This document shows, piece after piece, positions 9,050 through 18,057 of a DNA stretch of 32,000 nt. The number at the start of each line of letters is the position of its first letter. Position 1 is the stretch's first letter. The notes below the pieces were generated by a model. It worked only from the letters and a program-made list of their open reading frames with translations, ran no database searches and was not told where the DNA came from. Source of the DNA: Delftia acidovorans NBRC 14950 (GTDB taxonomy: Bacteria; Pseudomonadota; Gammaproteobacteria; Burkholderiales; Burkholderiaceae_C); assembly GCF_001598795.1 (NCBI RefSeq), contig NZ_BCZP01000005.1, positions 300,001 to 332,000 of the forward strand. Reading direction: 5' to 3'. The position numbers and the translations under genes were made by a program.

Positions 9050-10711
9050 TTACTTCAGTGCCTTGTAGCGCATGCGCTTGGGCTTGGCACCCTCCTCGCC
9101 CAGACGCTTTTTCTTATCGGCTTCGTACTCCTGGTAGTTGCCGTCGAAGTACACCCATTGCGAATCGCCTTCGGCCGCCAGGATGTGCGTGGCGATACGG
9201 TCGAGGAACCAGCGATCGTGGGAGATCACCAGCACCGTGCCCGCGTACTCCAGCAGCGCATCTTCCAGCGCGCGCAGGGTTTCCACGTCCAGGTCGTTGG
9301 AGGGCTCGTCCAGCAGCAGCACGTTGCCGCCCTGGATCAGCGTCTTGGCCAGGTGCAGGCGGCCGCGCTCGCCGCCGGAGAGGTTGCCGACCTTCTTTTG
9401 CTGGTCCTGGCCGTTGAAGTTGAAGCGGCCCGCGTAGGCACGCGACGCCATCTGGAACTTGCCGACGTTGATGATGTCCAGCCCGCCCGAGATGTCTTCC
9501 CACACCGTCTTGTCGTTGGCCAGCGCGTCACGCGTCTGCTCCACATAGGCCATCTTGACCGTCTGGCCCACGATGACTTCGCCGGAGTCGGCCTGCTCGC
9601 GCCCCGCGATCAGCTTGAACAGCGTGGACTTGCCGGCACCGTTGGGGCCGATGATGCCGACGATGGCGCCAGCGGGGATGTTCATGGTCAGGTTGTCGAT
9701 GAGCACGCGGTCACCAAAGCTCTTGGTGACGTTGTTGAACTCGATGACCTGGGTGCCCAGGCGCTCGGCCACAGGAATGAAGATTTCCTGGGTTTCGTTG
9801 CGCTTTTGGTATTCGAAATCGCTCAGCTCCTCGAAGCGCGCGATACGGGCCTTGGACTTGGTCTGGCGGCCCTTGGCATTCTGGCGAACCCACTCCAGTT
9901 CCTTCTTCAGGGCCTTGGCGCGGGCTTCCTCGCCCTTTTGCTCGGACTCCAGGCGGCTTTGCTTCTGGAACAGCCATTCGGAATAGTTGCCCTTGTAGGG
10001 AATGCCGTGGCCACGGTCCAGTTCCAGAATCCACTCGGCAGCGTTGTCCAGGAAGTAGCGATCGTGGGTGATGGCCACCACGGTGCCGGTGAAGCGGTGC
10101 AGGAACTGCTCCAGCCATTCCACGGACTCGGCATCCAAGTGGTTGGTGGGTTCGTCAAGCAGCAGCATGTCGGGCTTGGACAGCAGCAGCTTGCACAGGG
10201 CCACGCGGCGCTTTTCGCCACCGGACAGCTTGCCGATCACGGCATCCCAGGCCGGCAGGCGCAGGGCGTCGGCAGCAATCTCCAGCTGGTGCTCGGAGTC
10301 GGTGCCGGCAGCGGCGATCTTGGCTTCGAGCTCGCCTTGCTCGGCGGCCAGCGCGTCGAAGTCGGCATCGGGCTCGGCATAGGCGGCGTAGATTTCATCG
10401 AGGCGCGAACGGGCCGCGTTGACTTCGGCCATGGCCTCTTCCACGGCCTGGCGCACGGTGTGCTCCGCATTGAGCTGCGGCTCCTGCGGCAGGTAGCCGA
10501 TGGACAGGCCCTGCATGGGCAGCGCCTCGCCTTCGAATTCCTTGTCCACCCCAGCCATGATCTTGAGCAGCGAGGACTTGCCCGAGCCGTTCAGACCCAG
10601 CACGCCGATCTTGGCGCCCGGGAAAAAGCTGAGAGAGATGTCCTTCAAGATCTGCCGCTTGGGCGGCACGGTCTTGGTGAGGTGGTTCATCGAGAAAACG
10701 TATTGAGCCAT
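9050..10711 (-). CDS. ettA: Energy-dependent translational throttle ABC-F ATPase EttA
   Basis: MAQYVFSMNHLTKTVPPKRQILKDISLSFFPGAKIGVLGLNGSGKSSLLKIMAG, two Walker A/B plus LSGGE signature sets, and 553 aa, as for EttA. The start is taken at MAQY (10711), not the ORF-track ATG at 10801. Confidence 0.95.
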   Translation of the reverse strand: MAQYVFSMNHLTKTVPPKRQILKDISLSFFPGAKIGVLGLNGSGKSSLLKIMAGVDKEFEGEALPMQGLSIGYLPQEPQLNAEHTVRQAVEEAMAEVNAARSRLDEIYAAYAEPDADFDALAAEQGELEAKIAAAGTDSEHQLEIAADALRLPAWDAVIGKLSGGEKRRVALCKLLLSKPDMLLLDEPTNHLDAESVEWLEQFLHRFTGTVVAITHDRYFLDNAAEWILELDRGHGIPYKGNYSEWLFQKQSRLESEQKGEEARAKALKKELEWVRQNAKGRQTKSKARIARFEELSDFEYQKRNETQEIFIPVAERLGTQVIEFNNVTKSFGDRVLIDNLTMNIPAGAIVGIIGPNGAGKSTLFKLIAGREQADSGEVIVGQTVKMAYVEQTRDALANDKTVWEDISGGLDIINVGKFQMASRAYAGRFNFNGQDQQKKVGNLSGGERGRLHLAKTLIQGGNVLLLDEPSNDLDVETLRALEDALLEYAGTVLVISHDRWFLDRIATHILAAEGDSQWVYFDGNYQEYEADKKKRLGEEGAKPKRMRYKALK

Positions 10712-10978
10712 TCTGGTCCGAGTACTTGAATCGTTGATTTCTGCAAAAACCGGGCAACAAATCGGTTGCACGCCAGCCGTGATTATCGGCGCATGCGACA
10801 ATACCCTGCGTCACGGGTTCCAGTTGCCCGTGACATCAGCATTCCAGCTGGGGACGATGGACGCTGTTTTCCAGGCTCCCGACATTGAACTACATCCGCC
10901 TACGACTGGTCCGGCAACCGCCCTGGTTGCCTCGACAGGCAGATACCCAGCGCCCCGGACGGGCGCATCTTTGATCAC

Positions 10979-12784
10979 ATGACATTTGAAGAACTGAATC
11001 TGGCTCCCGCCATTCTGAAGGCCGTGCTTGAGGAGGGTTACGAGAACCCGACTCCCATCCAGGCACAGGCCATCCCTGCGGTGCTCGCCGGCCACGACCT
11101 GCTGGCAGGTGCCCAGACCGGCACCGGCAAGACCGCTGCCTTCACCCTGCCCATGCTGCAACGCCTCTCGCAAGGCCAGGTGCCGCGCAACAAGTTCGGC
11201 GGCAAGGGCATCCGCGCCCTGGTGCTGACGCCCACGCGTGAACTCGCCGCACAGGTCGAGGAATCGGTGCGCAGCTATGCCAAGTACCTGGACATCAACT
11301 CCACCGTCATCTTCGGCGGCGTGGGCATGAAGCCCCAGATCGACCGCATCAAGAAGGGCGTGGACATCCTGGTCGCCACGCCGGGCCGCCTGCTGGATCT
11401 GCAGCAGCAAGGCTTCATGGACCTGTCCACCGTCGAAGTCCTGGTGCTCGACGAGGCCGACCGCATGCTGGACATGGGCTTCATCCATGACGTCAAGAAG
11501 GTGCTGGCCCTGGTGCCCAAGGACAAGCAAAGCCTGCTGTTCTCGGCCACCTTCAGCGACGAGATCCGCGACCTGGCCAACGGCCTGCTGCGCAACCCGC
11601 AGTCCATCCAGGTCACGCCCAGCAACACCACCGTGCAGCGCATCACCCAGGTGATCCACCCCGTGGGCCGCGGCAAGAAAAAGCAGGTGCTGCTGCACAT
11701 CATCAACGAGAACAACTGGAGCCAGGTTCTGGTGTTCACGCGCACCAAGTTCGGCGCCAACAACGTTGCCGAATTCCTGACCAAGAACAACATCAGCGCC
11801 ATGGCGCTGCACGGCAACAAGAGCCAGAGCGCCCGCACCCAGGCCCTGGCCGGCTTCAAGACCGGCGAGCTGCGCGCCCTGGTCGCCACCGACATCGCTG
11901 CACGCGGCATCGATATCGATGAGCTGCCGCACGTCGTGAACTACGAGATCCCCAACGTGTCCGAGGACTACGTGCACCGCATCGGCCGCACGGGCCGTGC
12001 CGGTCGCGAAGGCCACGCCGTCAGCCTGGTCTGCATGGACGAAGAAGGCTTCATGATGGACATCGAGCGCTTCACCAAGCAGGAAATCCCTGTGCAGGTG
12101 CTCGAAGGCTTCGGCCCCGAAGAGGACGAAGTGGCCGAACCCATCGCCATGGGCCGCCAGACCATCTGGGGCGGTGCGGGCAAGCCGCCCAGCCGTGACG
12201 TCATGCAGGCCGCCGCCAAGGCTGCGCGCCAGGAAATGATGGACCGCATCCGCACCACCAAGGCCACCCAGCCCGACCGTGGCGGCCGCGCAGGTGGCCG
12301 TGGTCAGGCTCCCAAGGCCGGCTCGGACGAAGGCCGATCCGAAGGCAACGCCGGCGGCCAGGGCCGTGGCCGCAACCACGCCGGTGCAAGCGCCAACAAC
12401 AAGCCGCGCCGCGATCGCTTCGATGGTCCGGGCAATGGCTCCGGCGCCGCCCACCGTCCCAAGGCAGCCCCCCAGAACGCCCCCAGGCGCGGCCCGCGCC
12501 CTGACGGCGAAGGCGGCGGCGGCGGTGTCCGTCGCTTCGATGACCAACCCCCGCGCGCTGATGCCCACCTGGGCACGCAGCTGGGCCATGCACGCAGCAG
12601 CGGCCCCCGTGGCAGCGCAGGTGGCGGCCAGCCCGATCCGATGCGCACCAGCGTGGACACCATGGCCGAACGCGGCCGCCGTGGCGGCTTCAACCGCGGC
12701 GGCAATGGTGGCGGCGGTGGTGGTGGTGGCGGCTTCGGCGGCGGTGGCCGCGGCGGCCCCTCGCGCGGCGGCTACGGTCGCTGA
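10979..12784 (+). CDS. rhlE: DEAD-box ATP-dependent RNA helicase (RhlE-like) with a long Arg/Gly-rich C-terminal tail
   Basis: Q-motif region, [27 protein letters not shown] and [10 protein letters not shown]. The last ~200 aa are low-complexity RGG/poly-Gly sequence. Confidence 0.9.
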   Translation: MTFEELNLAPAILKAVLEEGYENPTPIQAQAIPAVLAGHDLLAGAQTGTGKTAAFTLPMLQRLSQGQVPRNKFGGKGIRALVLTPTRELAAQVEESVRSYAKYLDINSTVIFGGVGMKPQIDRIKKGVDILVATPGRLLDLQQQGFMDLSTVEVLVLDEADRMLDMGFIHDVKKVLALVPKDKQSLLFSATFSDEIRDLANGLLRNPQSIQVTPSNTTVQRITQVIHPVGRGKKKQVLLHIINENNWSQVLVFTRTKFGANNVAEFLTKNNISAMALHGNKSQSARTQALAGFKTGELRALVATDIAARGIDIDELPHVVNYEIPNVSEDYVHRIGRTGRAGREGHAVSLVCMDEEGFMMDIERFTKQEIPVQVLEGFGPEEDEVAEPIAMGRQTIWGGAGKPPSRDVMQAAAKAARQEMMDRIRTTKATQPDRGGRAGGRGQAPKAGSDEGRSEGNAGGQGRGRNHAGASANNKPRRDRFDGPGNGSGAAHRPKAAPQNAPRRGPRPDGEGGGGGVRRFDDQPPRADAHLGTQLGHARSSGPRGSAGGGQPDPMRTSVDTMAERGRRGGFNRGGNGGGGGGGGGFGGGGRGGPSRGGYGR

Positions 12785-12843
12785 CCTGCACCACGGCTCC
12801 TTGGCATGCCCTGCGGCAAGCCGAGGAATCCGCCAGCAAAAAA

Positions 12844-12875
12844 AGGGCTGCATCTCCCCGGGGCTGCAGCCCTTT
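12844..12875 (+). terminator. Rho-independent terminator after rhlE (A-run upstream, so potentially bidirectional)
   Basis: GGGCTGCA (12844-12851) pairs with TGCAGCCC (12864-12871) and is followed by TTTT (12872-12875). It is preceded by AAAAAA. Confidence 0.6.
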
Positions 12876-13026
12876 TCACATGGCGCAGATTGCGCATTCA
12901 GCCGACAGCGCGCCGCAAGCCTGCATGGCTATCATCCCGATAGCATTGCGGCCTGCGGCGATTGAAGGCCGCGCCCTTTTCCCGGATTTCCAAAGACTCC
13001 CCCGACTGGTTCCTCAAGGCCACGCC

Positions 13027-14784
13027 ATGACACTGCAGACCCCACACGCCACCCCCTCCAGCCAGCGCCCCGATTCGGAGCTGCCACAGGACAGGTTGCG
13101 GTGGTCGGCCCTGGCGTGCGCAGCCCTGCTTTCCGCCTGCGCCAGCACCCCGCTGCCGCCATGGCCCACCACCTCCAAGCCCCAGGCGCCCGCCCCCACC
13201 CGGCCGGCCCCGGCCACCCCGGTGGTGCCCCAGGCGACCACGCAGCCCATCGCGCCGGCCAACAACCTGGTCCCCCTGCCCTACAACGCGGCCGTGGCTG
13301 CGCGCTTTCCCGATCCAGCCACCCGCTACGACACACCGGGCCTGGCACCGCAGCGCAACCAGTTCACCACGGCCAGCGAACTGTCTTCCTGGCTGAACAG
13401 CCAGGCCAGCAAATCCCTGGGCCGCGACACGCGCCTGGGTATCGTGCAGCCCGGCAGCTCGCAGCGCGGCAGCCCCATCCAGGCACTGGTGGCCACGCGC
13501 GCACCCGGCATTCAGCCGTCGGCGCTCTATGACAGCCGCCGCCCCACGGTCATGCTCGTGGCCGGCCAGCACGGCGACGAACCTGCGGGTACGGAGGCCT
13601 TGCTCATCATCGCCCGCGAGCTCGCTCCCGGCGGCCTGCTGGAGCCGCTGCTGCAGCAGATCAACGTGATCCTCGTGCCGCGCGCCAACCCCGACGCCGT
13701 GGAAGCCGGCACGCGCAATGCAGCCGATGGCACCGACATCGCCCATGACCACCTGCTCCTGAACACGCCGGAGGCCAAGGCCCTGGCCACGCTGGCGCGC
13801 GACTACCGCCCCGTCGCCGTGGTGGACCTGCAGGAATTCCCCGCCGCCAGCATCTTCCTGCAGAAGTACCAGGCCATACAGCGCTACGACGCCCTGCTGC
13901 AGTACTCGGCCGCGGCCAACCAGAATGAATTCGTGACCAAGGCTGCGCGCGAGTGGTACACGGCGCCGCTGCGCACCGCGCTGTCGCAGGCCGGGCTGAG
14001 CAGCGACTGGTACTACACCACCAGCCAGGATCTGCAGGACAAGTCCATCTCCATGGGCAGCCTCGCGCCCGATTCGCTGCGCAACGTCAGCGGGCTCAAG
14101 AACTCGGTGGGCTACCTGGTCAGCAGCCGTGGCTCGGACCTGGGCCGCGCCCACATCCAGCGGCGCGTGCATACCCTGGTCACCGCGTCCACACGCATGC
14201 TGCATTCCAGCGCCGAGCGCGCCAAGGACCTCACCCAGGTGCAGGCCTTCGTGGCGCGCGAGACCGCCTCCCTTGCCTGCCACCAGCAACTGGCCGTACT
14301 GGCCGAGCAGACCCCCGAGCAGCGCACCCTCACCATGATCCAGCCCGACACGGGCGCCGACCAGCAGGTGCGCGTGGACTGGAACGCTTCGCTGCAGCCG
14401 CGCACCACGCTGTCGCGCCCGCGCTCCTGCGGCTACTGGCTGTCCGCCAGCGCCCAGCCCGCCGTGGACAGGCTGCGCCTGCTGGGCCTGCAGGTGCTCA
14501 AGGTGGCCGAGCCCGGCCAGCTGCTGGCCGACTCGTACAACGAAGCCCGCTCGGCCACGCCCGCCAGCGGCGCCTATGCGCTCACGCGCGGCGCTGTCGA
14601 AGCGCCCGTGGGCAGCTACTACCTGACGATGAACCAGCCCATGGCCAATCTTGCCGCTGCGGCGCTGGAGCCGGACACGCCCTACAGCTACCTTGCACGC
14701 GGCCTGGTACCCACGATGACCGACATGGCGCGCGTGATGGCGCCTCCTTCGGTGGTTTTCGAGGAAGAAGACGACGCCGAATGA
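13027..14784 (+). CDS. M14-family zinc carboxypeptidase-like lipoprotein
   Basis: Lipobox LLSAC after MTLQTPH... (ATG 13027). Pro/Ala-rich linker. Zn-binding HxxE context VMLVAGQHGDEPAGTEALL, then ILVPRANPDA. Confidence 0.7.
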   Translation: MTLQTPHATPSSQRPDSELPQDRLRWSALACAALLSACASTPLPPWPTTSKPQAPAPTRPAPATPVVPQATTQPIAPANNLVPLPYNAAVAARFPDPATRYDTPGLAPQRNQFTTASELSSWLNSQASKSLGRDTRLGIVQPGSSQRGSPIQALVATRAPGIQPSALYDSRRPTVMLVAGQHGDEPAGTEALLIIARELAPGGLLEPLLQQINVILVPRANPDAVEAGTRNAADGTDIAHDHLLLNTPEAKALATLARDYRPVAVVDLQEFPAASIFLQKYQAIQRYDALLQYSAAANQNEFVTKAAREWYTAPLRTALSQAGLSSDWYYTTSQDLQDKSISMGSLAPDSLRNVSGLKNSVGYLVSSRGSDLGRAHIQRRVHTLVTASTRMLHSSAERAKDLTQVQAFVARETASLACHQQLAVLAEQTPEQRTLTMIQPDTGADQQVRVDWNASLQPRTTLSRPRSCGYWLSASAQPAVDRLRLLGLQVLKVAEPGQLLADSYNEARSATPASGAYALTRGAVEAPVGSYYLTMNQPMANLAAAALEPDTPYSYLARGLVPTMTDMARVMAPPSVVFEEEDDAE

Positions 14785-14869
14785 CGGCCAGGGCGCCAGG
14801 GCACGCCGCCAAGCCCTGAGCGCCCGCCCATTGCGGGTATGATCCGCGCTGGCCCGTCAGCGGCCATAC

Positions 14870-14946
14870 CTGCCCGTAGCTCAACCGGATAGAGCAATTG
14901 CCTTCTAAGCAATAGGTCGGGGGTTCGAGTCCCTCCGGGCAGGCCA
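14870..14946 (+). tRNA. tRNA-Arg (anticodon UCU)
   Basis: Hand-folded cloverleaf of 77 nt: acceptor CTGCCCG/CGGGCAG, D arm GCTC-AACCGGATA-GAGC, anticodon arm ATTGC-CTTCTAA-GCAAT, T arm GGGGG-TTCGAGT-CCCTC, discriminator G, encoded CCA. Confidence 0.95.
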
Positions 14947-15374
14947 TCCTGGCATCCCAAGAAATCCCAATGCGTCCAAAGAAGTCCAAGGGCCCGCACT
15001 GGTCTCGGGCTTCAGGTACACCTAGCTTTCGATGTCGTCCAACGGCGCCCCGGTGGCGCGATACACGCGTGACGTGATGCCATCCGGCGTGGGTTCGACG
15101 TGCCTGACTACGTGCCTGACTAACGGCAAGCACCGGGACATTGCCGTGCTCTACGGGCAGGATCGATGGCGCACAAGAGCTGTCTCCTGGCGTCCGCTCG
15201 GCGCAGATGCAACACGACAGCCGCGTGATCGCACGGTCCCGACTGATTGAAAATCTGGTCGCTCTGGAAAAGCAGCTTCCGGAGGTGGAAGACATCCAGG
15301 CACCCGGCCGGATCGTTCATTTGTCAACGATGAAGACGGAGCTCCGGGTGGTAGCCAGTCGGCTTCCCGGCAGC

Positions 15375-16277
15375 TCAGTCTTCGTCCAGCGCCTCAAACC
15401 GCTCTGCCAGGAAATCCAGCAGCGCCCGCACGGCCGGCAGCAGCCCGCGCCGCGAGGCGAACACCGCATGGATGATCTCGCGCCGTGGCGCCCAGCCCGG
15501 GATGACGTGGACCAGTTCACCGCGCGCGATCTGCTCGCGCACCATCATCGAGGGCAGTTGCACCACGCCCACCCCCGCCAAGGCCGCCGCGCGCAGCGCC
15601 AGCATGCCGCGCGTGACCAGGCGCGGCCGGTGGCGGATGGCCGCCTGCGTGCCGTCCGGGCCGATCAGGTGCCACACATGCTCGTGCTGCGGCAGGCCCA
15701 GGTCCATGCTCGGCAGGCCTGCCAGGTCGGCGGGCACCTGGGGGATGCCGCCTGTCAACAGCTGCGGGCAGGCCACCAGACATTGCCCGCGCTCGGCGAG
15801 CATGCGCATCACCAGGTCGCTGTCCTCCAGCGGCGGCGGGCGCACGCGGATGGCAACGTCGATTCCTTCGCCCACCACGTCCACGCGGCGGTTGGTTTCC
15901 TCGAGGTGGATCTCCACGCGCGGGTACGCGGCCATGAAGGCCGCCAGCATGTCGGCGATGCGCGCATCGAGCAGCGCCACCGGGCAGGTCATGCGCACGA
16001 TGCCACGCGGCTCGGCGTGGGTCAGCGCGATGGCCTCGTCGGCGGCGTCGGCCTCCACCAGCATCGCCTTGCAGTGGCCATAGTAGGTCTGGCCGGTCTC
16101 GGTGACGGCAAATCGCCGCGTGGAGCGCTGGATCAGGCGCGTGCCGAGACGCTCCTCCAGCTGCGCAATGCGACGGCTCAGCTTGGATTTGGGCATCCCC
16201 AGCGCGCGGCCCGCGGGCGCAAAGCCGCCGTGGTCCACCACCTGCACGTAGTAGTAGAGGTCGTTCAGGTCTTTCAT
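15375..16277 (-). CDS. LysR-family transcriptional regulator
   Basis: N-terminal wHTH MKDLNDLYYYVQVVDHGGFAPAGRALGMPKSKLSRRIAQLEERLGTRLIQRSTRRFAVTETG and a typical LTTR effector domain. It is divergent from the hydrolase pair. Confidence 0.9.
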   Translation of the reverse strand: MKDLNDLYYYVQVVDHGGFAPAGRALGMPKSKLSRRIAQLEERLGTRLIQRSTRRFAVTETGQTYYGHCKAMLVEADAADEAIALTHAEPRGIVRMTCPVALLDARIADMLAAFMAAYPRVEIHLEETNRRVDVVGEGIDVAIRVRPPPLEDSDLVMRMLAERGQCLVACPQLLTGGIPQVPADLAGLPSMDLGLPQHEHVWHLIGPDGTQAAIRHRPRLVTRGMLALRAAALAGVGVVQLPSMMVREQIARGELVHVIPGWAPRREIIHAVFASRRGLLPAVRALLDFLAERFEALDED

Positions 16278-16409
16278 TGCACACCGTCTCCATCGTTCCT
16301 CAGATAAGACTCTGATGGCAATTATTAACGACTACCGCGTTCATCGTTCGAATTCTATTCTCTATCCGTCAGCCAAGACCTTTGTCTCGGCGACCCAAGG
16401 AGATTCACC

Positions 16410-17036
16410 ATGACCAAGCCCTACGTCCGCCTGGACAAGGACAACGCCGCCGTGCTGCTGGTAGACCACCAGACCGGCCTGCTATCCCTTGTACGCGACA
16501 TCGACCCGGACAAGTTCAAGAACAACGTGCTGGCGCTGGCCGACATCGCCAGCTATTTCAAGCTGCCCACCATCCTGACGACCAGCTTCGAGAACGGCCC
16601 CAACGGACCGCTGGTGCCGGAGCTCAAGAGCCAGTTTCCCCAGGCGCCCTACATCGCCCGGCCCGGCAACATCAACGCCTGGGACAACGAGGACTTCGTC
16701 AAGGCCGTGAAGGCCACGGGCAAGAAGCAACTCATCATCGCCGGCGTGGTGACCGAGGTGTGCGTGGCCTTCCCCGCACTGTCGGCCATCGAGGAGGGCT
16801 TCGACGTCTTCGTGATCACTGACGCCTCCGGCACCTTCAACCCCATCACCCGCGATGCGGCGTGGAATCGCATGTCGCAGGCCGGCGTGCAACTGATGAG
16901 CTGGTTCGGCGCTGCCTGCGAACTGCACCGCGACTGGCGCAACGACGTGCAGGGGCTGGGCACTCTGTTTTCCAACCACATCCCCGACTACCGCAACCTG
17001 ATCACGAGCCACACCATGCTCACCCAGGGCAATTGA
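16410..17036 (+). CDS. Isochorismatase-family (YcaC-like) cysteine hydrolase
   Basis: AAVLLVDHQTGL (catalytic Asp context) and INAWDNEDFVKAVKATGKKQLIIAGVVTEVCVAFPALSA (Lys and nucleophile Cys). AAGGAG lies upstream of ATG 16410. Confidence 0.85.
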   Translation: MTKPYVRLDKDNAAVLLVDHQTGLLSLVRDIDPDKFKNNVLALADIASYFKLPTILTTSFENGPNGPLVPELKSQFPQAPYIARPGNINAWDNEDFVKAVKATGKKQLIIAGVVTEVCVAFPALSAIEEGFDVFVITDASGTFNPITRDAAWNRMSQAGVQLMSWFGAACELHRDWRNDVQGLGTLFSNHIPDYRNLITSHTMLTQGN

Positions 17037-17046
17037 GGAGAAGACC

Positions 17047-17736
17047 GTGAGCACACCCCAAACCATCGCCAACTTCAACGGCGCCCGCCCGGTCATCGAT
17101 CCCGACAATGTGGCAATGCTGCTGATCGACCATCAAAGCGGCCTGTTCCAGACCATCAAGGACATGCCCTTCACCGAGGTGCGTGCCAATGCCACCACAC
17201 TCGCCAAGGTAGCGACACTGGCGAAGATCCCTGTCATCACCACCGCATCGGTGCCGCAGGGTCCGAACGGCCCCTTGATCCCCGAGATCCACCAGTACGC
17301 CCCGCATGCCCGGTACGTTGCGCGCAAGGGCGAGATCAACGCCTGGGACAACCCGGAGTTCGTCGCTGCCGTCAAGGCCACTGGGCGCAGGCAGCTCATC
17401 ATCGCGGGGACGATCACCAGCGTCTGCATGGCCTTTCCCAGCATCGCCGCAGTGCACGAGGGCTACCAGGTCTTCGCGGTGATCGACGCCTCGGGGACCT
17501 ACTCGAAAATGGCGCAGGAGATCACGCTGGCGCGCATCGTGCAGGCTGGTGTCGTGCCGATGGACACGGCGGCGGTGTGCTCGGAGGTGCAAAAGACCTG
17601 GAACCGTGAGGACGCGTTGCAGTGGGCGCAGGCCTACAGCGCAGTCTTCCCGCCGTACCAGTTGCTGATCGAAAGCTACTCCAAGGCGCAGGAAGTGGCC
17701 AGGAACGGTGAGCAGCTGGATTCGCAACGCACCTGA
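17047..17736 (+). CDS. Isochorismatase-family (YcaC-like) cysteine hydrolase, paralog of the upstream gene
   Basis: GTG start at 17047, preceded by GAGGAGAAG. VAMLLIDHQSGLF and INAWDNPEFVAAVKATGRRQLIIAGTITSVCMAFPSIAA. It lies 10 nt after the stop of the previous gene. Confidence 0.85.
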   Translation: MSTPQTIANFNGARPVIDPDNVAMLLIDHQSGLFQTIKDMPFTEVRANATTLAKVATLAKIPVITTASVPQGPNGPLIPEIHQYAPHARYVARKGEINAWDNPEFVAAVKATGRRQLIIAGTITSVCMAFPSIAAVHEGYQVFAVIDASGTYSKMAQEITLARIVQAGVVPMDTAAVCSEVQKTWNREDALQWAQAYSAVFPPYQLLIESYSKAQEVARNGEQLDSQRT

Positions 17737-17770
17737 CTGCGGTAGCACGGCACGGGTACGAGGCCGCTTG

Positions 17771-18057
17771 CCCAGGCCAGGGGCAGAAGTCATTACACTT
17801 GTCGCCAAGCCGAAAGGCCCGGTGTGTCGAAGCACCTTACCAGTAGCGTTTGCGACCCCCAACGTCAAGCGGGGTTCTGTCATGCCCGAATTCCTGAGGC
17901 GGACGTGCCTGTGCACGCCCCTTCCAACGGTTTTGGGCGGGATGGGGCTCTCCGTGAGGACGCCCGCACGGCTACTGACGTGCTTCGAACATCCCGTCCA
18001 CCCGTCTCGTGTCGAAGCGGTGCGGGTGGCTTCCTTGAATCCAGTAGGAGCCAAGCG
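17771..18057 (+). promoter_or_regulatory. Candidate structured 5' leader / cis-regulatory RNA, copy 1
   Basis: An invariant 59-nt block containing a GCC-GAAA-GGC hairpin (17809-17818). Conserved hairpins at 17854-17876, 17898-17923 and 17998-18029. A TTCCT/AGGAG helix (18031-18050) that sequesters the SD. No reading frame is conserved between the two copies. Confidence 0.45.

Noticed and set aside
9158-14289. Long antisense ORFs 9158-10729 (+), 10811-12853 (-) and 12898-14289 (-)
   Set aside because: Each lies opposite a gene with strong family motifs (ettA, rhlE, M14 peptidase). Each translates to Gly/Ala/Arg/His/Val-rich sequence without recognisable domains.
14947-15374. Integrase pseudogene immediately after tRNA-Arg
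   Set aside because: Only short broken frames are present. I could not find the R...HxxR...Y tyrosine-recombinase motifs or a repeat of the tRNA 3' end. It is kept only as a low-interest hypothesis in the findings.
15141-16307. 388-aa plus-strand ORF across the LysR locus
   Set aside because: It is antisense to a textbook LysR regulator with an intact wHTH, and it has an Arg/His/Gln/Ala-rich product.
17020-18054. 344-aa minus-strand ORF
   Set aside because: It is antisense to the second isochorismatase gene and runs into the leader. It has no paralogous counterpart in repeat unit 2 and has shadow-ORF composition.
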